This document shows positions 44,136 to 46,360 of a stretch of 46,360 nt of DNA, piece after piece. Under the pieces are notes generated by a model. The model had not been told where the DNA came from. It ran no database searches and was given only the letters and a program-made list of their open reading frames with translations. A program made the position numbers and the translations under genes. Source of the DNA: an uncultured Fibrobacter sp. (GTDB lineage Bacteria > Fibrobacterota > Fibrobacteria > Fibrobacterales > Fibrobacteraceae); contig CAMZDZ010000001.1 in the NCBI GenBank assembly GCA_947305535.1, positions 1-46,360 on the forward strand, given 5' to 3'. Position 1 is the first letter of the stretch, and the number at the start of each line of letters is the position of its first letter.

Positions 44136-45461
44136 ATGCAAAACGACGGAATGAAATACCTCGAAACTCGGCTGATGTTCGGGATGGTTCCCGGGCTTGA
44201 ATCGACCCGCTTGATTTGTGCTGCGCTAGGGAACCCGGAGCGGAAATTCCGTTCCATCCATGTCGTGGGCACGAACGGCAAAGGCTCGACGAGCTTTTAT
44301 TTGGCCGGTATTTTGCAGGCGCACGGGCTCAAGGCGGGGCTTTACACGAGCCCGCATCTGGTGAGTTTGCGGGAGCGCATCCGCGTCGACGATGAACCCA
44401 TTTCGGATGCGGATCTCGACCGGCTCCTGCTGCAGGTGAAAGAGGCCGCTGAGTCGGTGTCGTCGTCGCAGGTTGCGCTCGGCAAGCCCGCCCTGGAACC
44501 CACGTTTTTCGAGGTGCTGACCGTCGCTGCGTTCCTTTATTATTCGGAAAAGGGCGTCGACGTGGCCGTGCTCGAGGCTGGCATGGGCGGGCGTCTCGAC
44601 AGCACCGCGGTCGCCGGCGGCGAGATGGCCGTCGTGACGGGCATCGGGCTGGAACATACCGAGGTGCTCGGGGCTACGGAAAGCGCGATTCTCAAGGAAA
44701 AGATGGGCGTTGTCGGTGATGCCGCTGGCGACGGCGCGGGCAAGGCGTTCGTGCTCGGCGGGCTTGGTCCGGACTTGCTCGGGGAGGCGCGCAAATATGC
44801 CGCATTTCTCGGGGCTTCCGCCGTCGTTCCGGAGGTCCGAGACGATATCAAGTTGCCGAATCTCGGCCGCCATTACGTCGAGAATGCTAGCCTCTCGCTC
44901 AAGGCCGCCGAACTCTTTCTGGATGCGCCCGGCCATGCCGGGAAACTCTACGATGACACGTTGTCTGTAAATGCGCTCGCAACGCGCTCGTGGGCTGGGC
45001 GTATGCAGACATTGGCCGGTCCGGATGGGACCGTGAAGGTTATCCTGGACGGTGCGCACAATTCCCATGCGGTCCGGCGTCTCGTGCAGACGCTTGACGA
45101 GTACTATCCCGGTCAAAAGTTCCGCTGTCTGTTCGGTGCTCTCAAGGACAAGGACCTCAAGGAAATGCTCCCGCTCATGATGCCGTTCGTGCGCGAATGG
45201 TATGTCACCCGTACTCCGTACCCGCGGTTCCGCGAACTCGACGACTTGCGCTCCGAAATCGAAGGTCTTGGTGGATGTGTGTCGGGGGCGGAGGGGCTTT
45301 CCGATGATTACGTGCAAAGCGTTTTGAATGCTTCCGAGGGCCCGGTTTTGATTACCGGAAGCCTCTATATGCTCGGTGCTGTAATACAAATTTTGAAAGA
45401 CGATTTTGACGGGTTAAGGTTCTTCAGGGGCATGGTCCCGTCAGCAAATGAAAGGCACTAA
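44136..45461 (+). CDS. folC: Folylpolyglutamate/dihydrofolate synthase
   Basis: HVVGTNGKGST, YTSPHL, ERI, TFFE, EAGMGGRLDST, LDGAHN, TGSLY; start refined to 44136. Confidence 0.93.
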   Translation: MQNDGMKYLETRLMFGMVPGLESTRLICAALGNPERKFRSIHVVGTNGKGSTSFYLAGILQAHGLKAGLYTSPHLVSLRERIRVDDEPISDADLDRLLLQVKEAAESVSSSQVALGKPALEPTFFEVLTVAAFLYYSEKGVDVAVLEAGMGGRLDSTAVAGGEMAVVTGIGLEHTEVLGATESAILKEKMGVVGDAAGDGAGKAFVLGGLGPDLLGEARKYAAFLGASAVVPEVRDDIKLPNLGRHYVENASLSLKAAELFLDAPGHAGKLYDDTLSVNALATRSWAGRMQTLAGPDGTVKVILDGAHNSHAVRRLVQTLDEYYPGQKFRCLFGALKDKDLKEMLPLMMPFVREWYVTRTPYPRFRELDDLRSEIEGLGGCVSGAEGLSDDYVQSVLNASEGPVLITGSLYMLGAVIQILKDDFDGLRFFRGMVPSANERH

Positions 45462-45780
45462 ATGAGCCGATTTTGCTCCAAAAAAGCATTTTTGTAATAA
45501 AAAAAACATATTTCAAAAATTCATTTTTGTAAAACTTTGTTAACTTCCGGCGGATTCGGACAAGGTTCTGGAATAAGTAATTTATTCCTGTTTTTTCCGT
45601 TGTCCCTTATGTGGTGCGGGTTCGCAACAAAGTCGTCTAGGTTTTATAAAAAAATGAGTATAAATTTAGTTACATAAAAACTAACGAACTAATTTGTTCA
45701 TGCTTGCCAGCGATAAAAAAATGCTATATTGTTTTTTGCCTTGTAAAACAATTTCACAACCAAGGCAAAAAGAAGGTAGT

Positions 45781-46360
45781 ATGAAGAAATTTATTTATTC
45801 ATCTATGGCTGTGGCGATGCTCGCATCGTTCGCGGCTGCTCAAGAATCATCTCCCGTTTGGGCCGAAAAGGGTTGCATTGCTTTTGTAGAGGACGGTGCT
45901 GGCGATTACGACCAGAACTGCTACAATAGCGGCCTTGAAAACATGGCTCCGGGCAAGTGCTATACGTTCAATAAGGAACGTGGTGTTGTCCCGCAGTGGA
46001 TCAACAAGTTCGCTAGCGAAACTTGGTGGTGGGTTGAAACGGAATGCGTTGAACCCCCTGCTCCTCCTGAGGGTCCGGTTGTCAAGCAGGACAAAGGATG
46101 CATCCCTTTCGAAAACGGTCTTGGTATTGCTAACTACAAGGGCAAGTGCTTCAGCGCTGGCCTTGATGACATGACCGAAGGCAAGTGCTATAAATTTATC
46201 GATCGTAGTGCCACCGCTCCGTGGATCGCCAATAATTTGTGGGTCAACAACCGTGCTTCCGATTCTTGGTGGTGGGAAGAAACCGACTGCGAAGAAACCA
46301 TCTACTGTAAGAACGCTCCGGATACGGAAGGCTGCCCGAAGGTCGATCCTTGCGAAGATC
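45781..46360 (+). CDS. Secreted protein with tandem Cys/Trp-rich ~60-aa repeats (3' truncated; not in ORF track)
   Basis: AAGG SD, signal peptide MKKFIYSSMAVAMLASFAAA, frame open to the window end; two GCI.F..C..GL..M..GKCY..W.N..AS..WWW.E..C units. Confidence 0.85.
   Translation, partial: MKKFIYSSMAVAMLASFAAAQESSPVWAEKGCIAFVEDGAGDYDQNCYNSGLENMAPGKCYTFNKERGVVPQWINKFASETWWWVETECVEPPAPPEGPVVKQDKGCIPFENGLGIANYKGKCFSAGLDDMTEGKCYKFIDRSATAPWIANNLWVNNRASDSWWWEETDCEETIYCKNAPDTEGCPKVDPCED

Noticed and set aside
45600..45640. GGTGCGGGTTCGCAAC resembling a tRNA T-arm
   Set aside because: No cloverleaf or acceptor stem can be built around it
45896..46174. 92-aa ORF in the track
   Set aside because: Wrong frame; the real gene starts at 45781 and runs off the window

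Overview
Chromosomal window that looks like a Fibrobacter-type (Fibrobacterota) genome, inferred from a TIGR02171-like paralogous lipoprotein, an Rpn-type remnant and many Ser-rich lipoproteins. About 42 CDS: housekeeping genes (hrpB, ppa, metX-metW fusion, RluA-family synthase, ybeY, CorC/hemolysin, xseA, stand-alone rpsD, endonuclease I, folC), a split surface-polysaccharide locus (GNAT, FdtA/QdtA-like isomerase, DegT aminotransferase, Wzx flippase, three glycosyltransferases), envelope and secreted proteins, and two AT-richer islets, one holding a deleted GNAT toxin-antitoxin pair and an Rpn fragment. I saw no rRNA, tRNA, CRISPR array or intact transposase. Three signals stand out. (1) Short 7-bp tandem-repeat and REP-like elements (TCTCGTC and CCTCGAR arrays plus palindromes) sit in frame inside at least five conserved genes at seven sites and add foreign peptides. 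(2) The rpsD 5' leader can form a pseudoknot/SD-sequestering switch, a candidate S4 autoregulatory RNA. (3) A recurring TAnnTT(TG) promoter box lies 6-7 nt before several start codons, suggesting leaderless mRNAs. Family calls come from motif recognition by eye; no searches were run.
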